Below, piece by piece: positions 1-7,658 of a stretch of DNA of 51,805 bases. Source of the DNA: Eubacteriales bacterium (GTDB lineage Bacteria; Bacillota; Clostridia; Oscillospirales; CAG-272). The notes below the pieces were generated by a model that was given only the letters and a program-made list of their open reading frames with translations, had not been told where the DNA came from and did not search any database. The stretch covers positions 1 through 51,805 of the forward strand of contig JAZOLQ010000040.1 in assembly GCA_045653185.1 (NCBI GenBank), given 5' to 3'. The position numbers and the translations under genes were made by a program. Positions within the stretch are counted from its first letter, which is position 1; every line of letters begins with the position of its first letter.

Positions 1-147
1 GACAAGAGACGTTCAAACGTTTGGAAGCTTGAGCTCCCCGGCATGACAAAGTGCCCCAAGTGCGGAGAGTTTGTTAAGACTCACCGTGTTTGCAAGTCTT
101 GCGGATATTACAAGGGACAGGAAGTACTCAAGGTTGAGAACGACTAA
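1..147 (+). CDS. rpmF: 50S ribosomal protein L32, C-terminal part (5' end outside window)
   Basis: Frame 1 reads DKRRSNVWKLELPGMTKCPKCGEFVKTHRVCKSCGYYKGQEVLKVEND*. The CxxC...CxxC zinc ribbon and length are typical of bacterial L32. It is absent from the ORF track because there is no start codon in the window. Confidence 0.85.
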   Translation, partial: DKRRSNVWKLELPGMTKCPKCGEFVKTHRVCKSCGYYKGQEVLKVEND

Positions 148-169
148 TAGTTGTTTTTCTGTCGGATAG

Positions 170-226
170 AAGGTCTTGTATTTTCGGTTTGTGTTATGCA
201 TACCGTTACAGGACCTTTTTTCTTTT
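170..226 (+). terminator. rho-independent terminator after rpmF
   Basis: An 11-bp stem, aaggtcttgta (170-180) with tacaggacctt (207-217, one G-U pair), is followed by tttttctttttatttt. Confidence 0.6.
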
Positions 227-302
227 TATTTTAAAAAAGACTTTAAAATAATAGATAGATGTGTTATAATGTATAAGTAAGATATAGAGAGGGGTTGATG
301 AT

Positions 303-947
303 TTGAAAAAGCTTTCGCTTTTGATGTTGGTCGTGCTTTTGACGGCGTCACTTGTAATTTCCTGCGATAAAAAAGAGGAGGAGAGTGATGATGGCGCAAA
401 GCCCGTTGAAACTATCGATATTTCAAGCCTTGAGCTTTCCGAATACGTCTCGCTCGGCAAATACAGCGGCATGACGGTGAGCTATGATCCTTCAAAGACC
501 TCAAAGGGAGACGCGGTCTGGGAGACAGTAGTCAAAGGCTCTGAAATAAAGGCATATCCCGAGGAGCAGTTAGAGTATTATTTTGAGCAGTCAAAGGCAA
601 AATACAAGTATCTTGCAAGTAAGGGAAACGACACCTATGAAAATATCCTCTCGGCGCTCGGCGTCACTGAGGAGGATATGATGAACGAGGCAAAAGAGCT
701 TGTTGCCGAGGACCTTGTCCGTTATGCTTTGCTTGAGGCGGAGAGCATTGTGCTGAGCGAAAATGAGAAGCAGAATAATTTTGAAAGATATGTTCAGAAA
801 TTCGTTGGCTCTTACGGATATGATGAAGAATACGTAAGGGAGAATATGACAGAGCAGATATACGACACTATGCTGTTTGATAAAATGCTTGAAAAGCTTA
901 TAATGATAAATGAGTTTGCCGAGGTGTCGGCAACAGGAGGACAGTAA
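303..947 (+). CDS. lipoprotein of unknown function (helical domain, chaperone-like by eye)
   Basis: TTG start with GAGAGGGG upstream. Signal peptide plus lipobox: MKKLSLLMLVVLLTASLVIS|C. The stop overlaps the dut start (TAATG at 945-949). Confidence 0.6.
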   Translation: MKKLSLLMLVVLLTASLVISCDKKEEESDDGAKPVETIDISSLELSEYVSLGKYSGMTVSYDPSKTSKGDAVWETVVKGSEIKAYPEEQLEYYFEQSKAKYKYLASKGNDTYENILSALGVTEEDMMNEAKELVAEDLVRYALLEAESIVLSENEKQNNFERYVQKFVGSYGYDEEYVRENMTEQIYDTMLFDKMLEKLIMINEFAEVSATGGQ

Positions 948-1387
948 TGAATATAAAGGTCAATATAAAAAAGACAGATAAAGATGCAATATTGCCGACT
1001 TACGGCTCTCAATACGCGGCTGGCGCAGACCTCTATTCTTGCTCTGAGAAGACAGAGATAGCGGCGGGAGAGACGGTACTTATGCATACGGGAGTTGCTA
1101 TCGAGCTTCCTGTGGGATACGTGGGGCTTGTTTACGCGCGAAGCGGACTTGCCTCAAAAAGAGGACTTGCGCCTGCAAATAAGGTGGGAGTCATAGATTG
1201 CGACTACCGCGGCGAGATAATGGTGGCGCTCCATAATCACGGAAATGCGGCGCAGACGGTAGAGAAGGGCGAAAGAATAGCTCAGCTTGTTATCGCTCCG
1301 TATTTTACTGCCGACTTTTGTGAGGTCGGCGAGCTTACAGAGACTGTGAGGGGCGAGGGCGGATTTGGCTCTACGGGAAGGAAATAA
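947..1387 (+). CDS. dut: dUTP diphosphatase
   Basis: Trimeric dUTPase motifs are present: AAGADLYS, RSGLA, GVIDCDYRGEI, and a C-terminal GGFGSTG. Confidence 0.95.
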   Translation: MNIKVNIKKTDKDAILPTYGSQYAAGADLYSCSEKTEIAAGETVLMHTGVAIELPVGYVGLVYARSGLASKRGLAPANKVGVIDCDYRGEIMVALHNHGNAAQTVEKGERIAQLVIAPYFTADFCEVGELTETVRGEGGFGSTGRK

Positions 1388-1399
1388 CAGACTACAAGT

Positions 1400-1429
1400 G
1401 GGTATCTCGAAAAGCGAGATACCCTTTTT
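1400..1429 (+). terminator. rho-independent terminator after dut
   Basis: gggtatctcg (1400-1409) pairs with cgagataccc (1415-1424), followed by ttttt. Confidence 0.8.
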
Positions 1430-1508
1430 GTATATTTGTATAAAAAAGATAGCAAAATATTAGATAAAAGCGATTTATTGAGAGGGAGTGATTGCTATCG
1501 TATCGGAA

Positions 1509-2852
1509 ATGAGAACACTCAAGGGAACGGGTGTTGGAAATGACAGCGTGATGGGAAGGCTCAAAAGAGTTGATAGCCGAGAGGAGCTTTTTTGCGCCGA
1601 TGGCGACGAGCGAGATGCTACCCTTTATCGTACACAGGGAATAGCCATAAGCCGAATTGAAGAAGCTTATGAAGAGTTTTCAAAAAAAGAGGGATTTGAA
1701 TATATCGCAAAAACACTTCAAGAAATGCTTGACGCACTCAAAGACAGAGAGTTTCTCTTAGCTATAAACGAGATAACAGAGCTTGGAATAAGCCTTTACG
1801 ATGCGGTGGAGCATATGGAGTGTGAAGCGCCGAAGAACAGTGTAATAAAGGAGCTCTGTCTCCTTTTTAAGCGGATATTGGGCGCGAAGAGCGGTATAGA
1901 GCTTGGCGAGGGAGACGGCTGTATAGGCGTTGTTTGCGATCAGCTTGACGTGACCGAGGCGCTCTCGCTCAGAGAGTGCGGTTTCTTGGGATTACTTTTT
2001 ACTCAGAGCGCCGAAAGCCTTTTTGGGATAGCTTGTAAAAGCTTTGGAATACCTGCGCTTTTTTTGAATGAAGAAGGTTTTTTCGATATCGCGTCGGGCG
2101 AGAGCGCCATACTTTATCCCGCGAAGAATATTATCTATCTTTCTCCGAAAATAGAGGTCGTAGATGCCTTTACTGCTGCTATGAAAAACGAGGCAAAGAG
2201 AAGCAGTTTCAAGGGCGTATTCAAATGCCTTTTGGGAGAGCAGGTATATAGCGTATCCGAGCATGGCAGAGAGGTATACTCGGGACTTGCCATAAATTTG
2301 GCGGTTGAGGAGAGAAGCGAGGATGAGATATTCGAGCTTTGCAGAAGCGTCTGCGAGATAGCCGAAAGAGAGCTGTTTATCCTTTTGAGAAATATGCACG
2401 GAGCGCGAGAATATCTAAGGGGAATATTGAGGGCGGCAGTTTACGGAAAAGTATCGCTTTTGCCGTCCTTTGCGTCGGCAAAGGAATATAGCGCTTTCAC
2501 ATCGCTTTTGTCGGAGATAAAAAGCGAGCTGAGGCTTGAGAGGCGCGAATTTGACTCGGAGATACGTCTGGGATTAGTTTTGGATAATATATTCGGTCTT
2601 CTTTTGTGCGATAAATTTTCAGAGGGCACAGAATTTATTTTCTTGGATATTGACAGCCTTGCGAAAAATGCTGACGTGAGCGACCAAAAGGAGATAGCTC
2701 TCGCTCTTCTGAAGATGCTGTTCGATAAATTTTCAAAGCAAAAAACAGCTCTTTTTCTCATGGGAAAGGGAGAGATTTTTGAGGAAATAGAGGAAGATAT
2801 GGAATTTTTCAAAGCGCCGCAAACTAAACTTTTTTTTGTAAAGAAAATGTGA
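1509..2852 (+). CDS. Enzyme I (PtsI)-like protein lacking catalytic residues (putative pseudoenzyme)
   Basis: It is collinear by eye with PTS Enzyme I (N-terminal, swivel and C-terminal barrel segments), but the His- and Cys-bearing motifs are replaced (see findings). The start is uncertain: GTG 1488 abuts the GAGGGAG, and ATG 1509 matches the EI N-terminus. Confidence 0.5.
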   Translation: MRTLKGTGVGNDSVMGRLKRVDSREELFCADGDERDATLYRTQGIAISRIEEAYEEFSKKEGFEYIAKTLQEMLDALKDREFLLAINEITELGISLYDAVEHMECEAPKNSVIKELCLLFKRILGAKSGIELGEGDGCIGVVCDQLDVTEALSLRECGFLGLLFTQSAESLFGIACKSFGIPALFLNEEGFFDIASGESAILYPAKNIIYLSPKIEVVDAFTAAMKNEAKRSSFKGVFKCLLGEQVYSVSEHGREVYSGLAINLAVEERSEDEIFELCRSVCEIAERELFILLRNMHGAREYLRGILRAAVYGKVSLLPSFASAKEYSAFTSLLSEIKSELRLERREFDSEIRLGLVLDNIFGLLLCDKFSEGTEFIFLDIDSLAKNADVSDQKEIALALLKMLFDKFSKQKTALFLMGKGEIFEEIEEDMEFFKAPQTKLFFVKKM

Positions 2853-2902
2853 TACTCTATCACTTGCTCTTGTGGCGCTGCGCAGATATTTATTCTTTTT
2901 TG

Positions 2903-2931
2903 TTGCAAACGAAGAGGATCTGTGATAGAAT
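2903..2931 (+). promoter_or_regulatory. sigma-A type promoter for the metallophosphoesterase gene
   Basis: TTGCAA (2903-2908), 17-nt spacer, TAGAAT (2926-2931), preceded by a TGn extended -10. Confidence 0.6.
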
Positions 2932-2956
2932 TATATTAATATAATTAACGGAGCGT

Positions 2957-3718
2957 ATGATGAAGATTACCGAATATAAGATAAAAAATAATAAATTCAA
3001 TAACCCCTATGTATTTGCGCTTGTATCTGACCTTCACGGAAACGATCCTCTCCCTGTTATTGAGGCGGTGAGACGGATAAGCCCCGACTATATACTTGCG
3101 CCGGGTGATATATTTGAGCATCTCAATGGAGAGAATACCGAAAAAAACAAGGCGGGCTATGAGCTTTTGCGGGCATGCTCACAGATAGCTCCCACCTTTT
3201 TTGCACCCGGAAATCACGAGGTAGGGGGGATTCGTTCATGGAGCAGAAAATGGAAGTTCTGCACGGGTCAGGGAAAAGGATACGCCGACCGAGATATGAA
3301 GTTGCTTTCAAAAACGGGAGCTATCTTTCTCGACGATGATTTCGTTACATACGAAGGAATGGCTTTTGGCGGACTTGGCACGGGGCTTATAAACGAGGAC
3401 GGAAAGCCCGAGATGTCGTTTCTTGATGATTTTTGCGCCTTTGAGGGTAACAAAATATTGCTCTGCCATCACCCCGAATACTATAAAAAATATCTCTCTG
3501 CCAGAGAGATAGATCTTATAGTAAGCGGACACGCTCACGGAGGACAGTGGAGATTTTTCGGCAGAGGTGTTTTTGCACCTGGGCAGGGACTGTTTCCCAA
3601 ATACACCTCGGGCGTGCACGAGGGCAGACTGGTTATCAGTAAAGGCTTGAAAAAGGGCAGAAAAATACCGAGGATATTTAACTCCCCCGAGGTAGTAAAA
3701 ATAGTAGTTACCCCCTGA
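2957..3718 (+). CDS. metallophosphoesterase (calcineurin-like)
   Basis: Motifs VSDLHGN, PGDIFE, GNHE and SGHAHGGQ. Confidence 0.85.
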   Translation: MMKITEYKIKNNKFNNPYVFALVSDLHGNDPLPVIEAVRRISPDYILAPGDIFEHLNGENTEKNKAGYELLRACSQIAPTFFAPGNHEVGGIRSWSRKWKFCTGQGKGYADRDMKLLSKTGAIFLDDDFVTYEGMAFGGLGTGLINEDGKPEMSFLDDFCAFEGNKILLCHHPEYYKKYLSAREIDLIVSGHAHGGQWRFFGRGVFAPGQGLFPKYTSGVHEGRLVISKGLKKGRKIPRIFNSPEVVKIVVTP

Positions 3719-3856
3719 TCAAATCAGAGATATTTAGGACTTTTGGCGATGTGCGATGACCGATGAGACATCGCAGAGTGCCGAATAGACAAAAAGCAAC
3801 ATTTCACCATATTTATCTGTTATAATGGTATAAAAACGGAATGGGGGATACGACGA

Positions 3857-4585
3857 ATGTATGATATCAAAACGATTGGTCTTGTCAAAAGATATAAAAA
3901 GCTTACCGCTGTTGACTCGCTCAGCCTCGAGATCGGTCAGGGGGAATTGTTCTCTCTTTTGGGTGTTAACGGCGCGGGAAAGACAACGACGATAAAAATC
4001 TTGACCTGCCTCACAAGAGCGACAGAGGGAGAGGCCTTTGTCGGAGGCTATAACGTAATGAAGGAGTCAGAGGAAGTAAAGCGCTTGATAGGCGTGTCTC
4101 CGCAACAGACCGCCGTTGCTCCAAATCTTTCTGTGAAGGAGAATCTTGAGCTGATTTGCGGTATTCACGGCTTTTCTAAAGAGAAGACGCAGGAAAAAAT
4201 AGAATATCTTTCGAAAAAGTTTGCTTTTGAGAGCATTTTGAAGAGAAAAGCGGGAAAGCTGTCGGGAGGCTGGCAGAGAAGGGTAAGTATTGCAATGGCA
4301 CTTATCAGCGAACCTCAAATACTCTTCTTAGACGAGCCTACTCTCGGTCTTGACGTTATTGCGAGACACGAGCTTTGGGACATCATACGTTCACTTAAGG
4401 GCAAGGTCACGATAGTCCTTACTACTCATTATATGGAAGAAGCCGAGGCGCTTTCCGATAGGATAGGTATTATGAAGGACGGCAGACTTCTTGCGGTGGG
4501 AAGTGCGGAAGAGCTTAAAGAGAGAACAAAAACAGACGATTTTGAAACTGCCTTCATTTCTATTGTGAAGGAGGAGTCGGTATGA
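3857..4585 (+). CDS. ABC transporter ATP-binding protein
   Basis: Walker A GVNGAGKTT, signature LSGGWQRR, Walker B ILFLDEPT. Confidence 0.9.
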   Translation: MYDIKTIGLVKRYKKLTAVDSLSLEIGQGELFSLLGVNGAGKTTTIKILTCLTRATEGEAFVGGYNVMKESEEVKRLIGVSPQQTAVAPNLSVKENLELICGIHGFSKEKTQEKIEYLSKKFAFESILKRKAGKLSGGWQRRVSIAMALISEPQILFLDEPTLGLDVIARHELWDIIRSLKGKVTIVLTTHYMEEAEALSDRIGIMKDGRLLAVGSAEELKERTKTDDFETAFISIVKEESV

Positions 4586-5313
4586 GAATGATAAACTTTG
4601 CAAAAAGATGCACAAAGGAGATATTGCGCGACCCGTTAAATCTCGCATTTGGATTGGGATTTCCGCTGGTCTTGTTGCTGTTACTTAGCGCTATTCAGGC
4701 AAATATCCCGGTGAGCCTCTTTGAGATAGACACGCTCACTCCCGGAATTACAGTATTCGGACTGGCTTTTATGACACTGTTTTCGGCAACACTTGTCGCG
4801 AAAGACCGCGAGAGCGCTCTCTTGCAGAGGCTGTATACGACACCGCTTACCGCATTTGACTTCATAATAGGCTATATGCTTCCGATATTACCTATTGCCC
4901 TCGGGCAAGTTATGATATGCTATCTGTTCGCTATTCCCTTGGGACTTACGGTCAGCGTAAATATTATTTATGCCGTAATAGGCATAATTCCTATGGCGAT
5001 ATTCAATATTGGCCTCGGACTTTTGTGCGGAAGTCTTTTGGGCGTGAAGCAGGTCGGAGGGATCTGCGGGGCGCTTCTTACAAATCTTTCGGCTTGGCTT
5101 TCGGGTGTGTGGTTTGATCTTGATCTCGTGGGAGGAGTTTTCAAAAAGATAGCAAACGCGCTTCCTTTTGTTCACGCAGCAGAACTGGAAAAAGCATTGT
5201 TTGGAGGAAATTTTGCAGAGGCGGCAGAGCATATATTGCCGATACTTCTTTACGGCGCAGCTATAACGGCGGCAGCGGTATTCTGTTTCCTCAGACAAAT
5301 GAAAAAACACTAA
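4582..5313 (+). CDS. ABC-2 type transporter permease
   Basis: The start overlaps the ATPase stop (ATGA). It has six hydrophobic segments and is typical in size for an ABC-2 exporter permease. Confidence 0.8.
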   Translation: MRMINFAKRCTKEILRDPLNLAFGLGFPLVLLLLLSAIQANIPVSLFEIDTLTPGITVFGLAFMTLFSATLVAKDRESALLQRLYTTPLTAFDFIIGYMLPILPIALGQVMICYLFAIPLGLTVSVNIIYAVIGIIPMAIFNIGLGLLCGSLLGVKQVGGICGALLTNLSAWLSGVWFDLDLVGGVFKKIANALPFVHAAELEKALFGGNFAEAAEHILPILLYGAAITAAAVFCFLRQMKKH

Positions 5314-5325
5314 GGAGTCATCATA

Positions 5326-5757
5326 GTGAAATACAAGCTCATTATTGACAAAAATGCGGAAGAAGAAATAATTGCCATCGTTCACGCTCCCTCTGCGCTG
5401 ACAGAGTCGATAGAAAATCTTGTATACGGTTTTTCGGGCGTGGATAGCATTATTGGGTATAGAGATGACGAGACGCGAAAGCTTTCATTCGGTGAGATAG
5501 AATGTATTACTATCATTGACAGAAAGGTGATAGCCATAGATACCGACGGGGGACGCTATTCTCTCAAGGAGAGACTTCGCGACCTCGAGGCGATATTGCC
5601 TACTTATTTTATCCGCATCAATAAATCCTCTCTTGCGAATGAGCATCGTATTCTGAGATTTGACGCAGCCTTCAGCGGCGGAGTAGACGCCGTCTTTAAG
5701 TGCGGCTACCGTGAGTACGTTTCAAGAAGGTGCTTTGCGCAGATAAGAAGGAGGTAA
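5326..5757 (+). CDS. LytTR-family DNA-binding protein without a receiver domain
   Basis: GTG start 9 nt after AAGGAG. LytTR signature region: IECITIIDRKVIAIDTDGGRYSLKERLRDLEAILPTYFIRINKSSLANEHRI. Confidence 0.85.
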   Translation: MKYKLIIDKNAEEEIIAIVHAPSALTESIENLVYGFSGVDSIIGYRDDETRKLSFGEIECITIIDRKVIAIDTDGGRYSLKERLRDLEAILPTYFIRINKSSLANEHRILRFDAAFSGGVDAVFKCGYREYVSRRCFAQIRRR

Positions 5758-5762
5758 AGAAT

Positions 5763-6206
5763 ATGAAAAAGAATGTTTTGGGATTTTTTCGTCGCGGGTT
5801 GATAGCTTGCGCATTAGGTCCGATAATTTTGGCAATAATTTATCTTATACTGCAGGCTTGCGGAATGATAAAGACTTTGACTGTAAATGAGGTCTGCACA
5901 GGGATATTTTCACTCAGCGCGCTCGCTTTTATTGCAGGCGGAATGAATGTCATATACCAAATAGAGAAGCTCCCGCTGATGATCGCTATACTTATACATG
6001 GCGGAGTTTTATATATAACATATTTAGGTACGTATCTCATTAACGATTGGCTCGAATGGGGAAAAGCTCCGATCTTGGTTTTTTCGGGTATATTTGTCGT
6101 TGGATATTTTGCGATATGGGCAGTCATTTGTTTTATAATCAAGCGCAATACCGATAAGATCAACGAAAAATTGAGACAGAAGCAAGCGGAAGCAGTGGAG
6201 AAATAA
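5763..6206 (+). CDS. small 4-TM membrane protein (DUF3021-like partner of LytTR)
   Basis: I chose ATG 5763 (MKKNVLGFF), which lies 5 nt after the LytTR stop. It has four hydrophobic helices and a charged C-terminal tail. The family assignment is from memory of the common LytTR-DUF3021 adjacency. Confidence 0.7.
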   Translation: MKKNVLGFFRRGLIACALGPIILAIIYLILQACGMIKTLTVNEVCTGIFSLSALAFIAGGMNVIYQIEKLPLMIAILIHGGVLYITYLGTYLINDWLEWGKAPILVFSGIFVVGYFAIWAVICFIIKRNTDKINEKLRQKQAEAVEK

Positions 6207-6339
6207 AAAGATAAGCGAGTTTTTTCTTTTATTATATTGAAAAATCATGAATTGTTCATAAAATTGTAGTATAATAATCGCATTGTATAAATCATACGCA
6301 GGGGCATTCAAGCTATAAGCTGTTATTTGAAGGGTAATT

Positions 6340-7185
6340 ATGAAACTACAAGCTATAAAAAAATCCAAGAGCGCGATCATTGCTAAAGCTCAGCCTTTTT
6401 TGAGGGAGATAAAGGAAAAGCAAATCAACGCATTTGCCGCGCATACCGCGTTTTTTATTCTGTTGTCGTTGATACCAATGTTGATCGCGATCTGTTCGCT
6501 GGTTACTTACACGCCTGTCTCGCAGGAGACCTTGTCCCATATTATTACGTCCTTGACTCCAAACAGTATGGATAAAATGGCGGAAAATATTATTTCTGAA
6601 GTTTATGACAAATCAATAGGCTCGTTAACGATATCGTTGGCAATTGTTCTGTGGTCGGCAGGAAAAGGCGTTATGGCGATGAAGCAGGGATTGAACGCTA
6701 TAAACGGAGTGGAAGAAAAGCGCAATTTCTTTATTCAAAGGGCAATTGCGGCGCTCTATGCGCTGGTGTTTTTAGCTTCAGTTGTTTTGGTTATGCTCAC
6801 GGTGGTGATAAACGAGCGCTTTGCAGAGGTACTTTTGCGATATCTTCCTCAGCTGAAATATCCTATTAATTTCTTTATGAATTTCCGCTTTCCTGTTCTG
6901 TTGGTTCTTATGATATTTGCCTTTGTCGCACTCTACGCTCTTCTTCCAAACAAGAAATTGAAATTTCGAGAGCAAGTATTGGGCGCTGTATTCGCTTCCT
7001 TGACTTGTAGTATATTCTCTTGGGGATTTTCGATATACATCGATATCATGTCGCTGGAAAACATATACGGAAGCTTATCGAGCGCGGTATTTTTTATGTT
7101 GTGGTTATACTTTGGAGTATATATCATAATGATAGGCGCGTGTATCAATAATCATTATATGCTGAAAAAGAGTGAGGTTAAATAA
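6340..7185 (+). CDS. YihY/BrkB-family membrane protein
   Basis: The N-terminal AFAAHTAFFILLSLIPMLI motif plus 6 TM segments is typical of the YihY (ribonuclease BN-like) family. Confidence 0.8.
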   Translation: MKLQAIKKSKSAIIAKAQPFLREIKEKQINAFAAHTAFFILLSLIPMLIAICSLVTYTPVSQETLSHIITSLTPNSMDKMAENIISEVYDKSIGSLTISLAIVLWSAGKGVMAMKQGLNAINGVEEKRNFFIQRAIAALYALVFLASVVLVMLTVVINERFAEVLLRYLPQLKYPINFFMNFRFPVLLVLMIFAFVALYALLPNKKLKFREQVLGAVFASLTCSIFSWGFSIYIDIMSLENIYGSLSSAVFFMLWLYFGVYIIMIGACINNHYMLKKSEVK

Positions 7186-7199
7186 CCTCACTCTTTTCT
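7167..7199 (+). terminator. terminator of the yihY-like gene
   Basis: aaagagtgaggtt (7167-7179) pairs with aacctcactcttt (7184-7196). The stop codon lies across the loop/stem junction, and a T-run follows. Confidence 0.75.
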
Positions 7200-7230
7200 A
7201 ATATTTGGGATATGAACAGCAAAAAAGAAA

Positions 7231-7263
7231 GCGCCACTGCTGTGGTTCGAGCCGTACGGGAAT
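7231..7263 (+). pseudogene. tRNA-Glu-like 3' fragment (possible decayed tRNA copy, inverted relative to the intact gene)
   Basis: GGTTCGAgCCGTACGGG resembles the T-arm and acceptor GGTTCGATTCCCGTACGGG of the neighbouring tRNA-Glu. The exact 12-mer CCGTACGGGAAT is shared with plus-strand 7438-7449. No cloverleaf can be drawn. Confidence 0.3.
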
Positions 7264-7398
7264 TTGTTTCGTCGCAAAGCTCCTCAACCAGAGTTTACCT
7301 CGACGGCTGAACGCCGTCGCTTTACAACTAAAGACGGCAAACATCTGCGAACTTTCGCCTACGGCGAAGTTCGATTTCGAGTAGGGACAGCAAAAAAA

Positions 7399-7431
7399 GA
7401 AGTGCACACCGAGTGGTGTGCACTTCTTTTT
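7399..7431. terminator. bidirectional terminator immediately downstream of tRNA-Glu
   Basis: A 14-bp stem, agaagtgcacacc/ggtgtgcacttct, around a gagt loop, flanked by an A-run and a T-run. Confidence 0.8.
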
Positions 7432-7506
7432 TGGTGACCCGTACGGGAATCGAACCCATGTTTCCAGCGTGAGAGGCTAGCGTCTTAACCGCTTGACCAA
7501 CGGGCC
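7432..7506 (-). tRNA. tRNA-Glu (anticodon CUC)
   Basis: The reverse complement GGCCCGTTGGTCAAGCGGTTAAGACGCTAGCCTCTCACGCTGGAAACATGGGTTCGATTCCCGTACGGGTCACCA folds as a cloverleaf. Anticodon loop is CU-CUC-AC, T-loop is TTCGATT, and CCA is encoded. Confidence 0.9.
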
Positions 7507-7524
7507 GTATCTGACGACTTTGAT

Positions 7525-7553
7525 ATTATATCACATTCTTTTTGAAAATGCAA
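7525..7553 (-). promoter_or_regulatory. promoter of tRNA-Glu
   Basis: On the minus strand: TTGCAT (7553-7548), 17-nt spacer, TATAAT (7530-7525), with a TGn extended -10. It sits about 18 nt upstream of the tRNA 5' end. Confidence 0.65.
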
Positions 7554-7592
7554 TACCTTTTTGAAAAATTTTTTAAAAATTTTTATAAGAAA

Positions 7593-7635
7593 TTCTCCGC
7601 ATTCGTGTTGAAGTAAAAATCACGAACGCGGAGAA
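7593..7635 (-). terminator. terminator of the deo/cdd operon
   Basis: A 15-bp stem, ttctccgcattcgtg/cacgaacgcggagaa (one mismatch), followed on the minus strand by a U-rich tract. Confidence 0.7.
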
Positions 7636-7658
7636 GATTTTATACCGATATTATATTG

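Noticed and set aside
3746-3774. Three tandem CGATG heptad units (cgatgtg cgatgac cgatgag) inside a gcgatgt/acatcgc inverted repeat, upstream of the ABC operon.
   Set aside because: The element is short and has no T-run to act as a terminator. I have no comparative support, so I cannot tell an operator from chance.
7198-7407. A 69-aa minus-strand ORF in the yihY / tRNA-Glu intergenic region.
   Set aside because: It runs straight through several stable hairpins and a terminator. It has no RBS and its composition is Cys/Phe-rich. I treat the region as non-coding (see finding).
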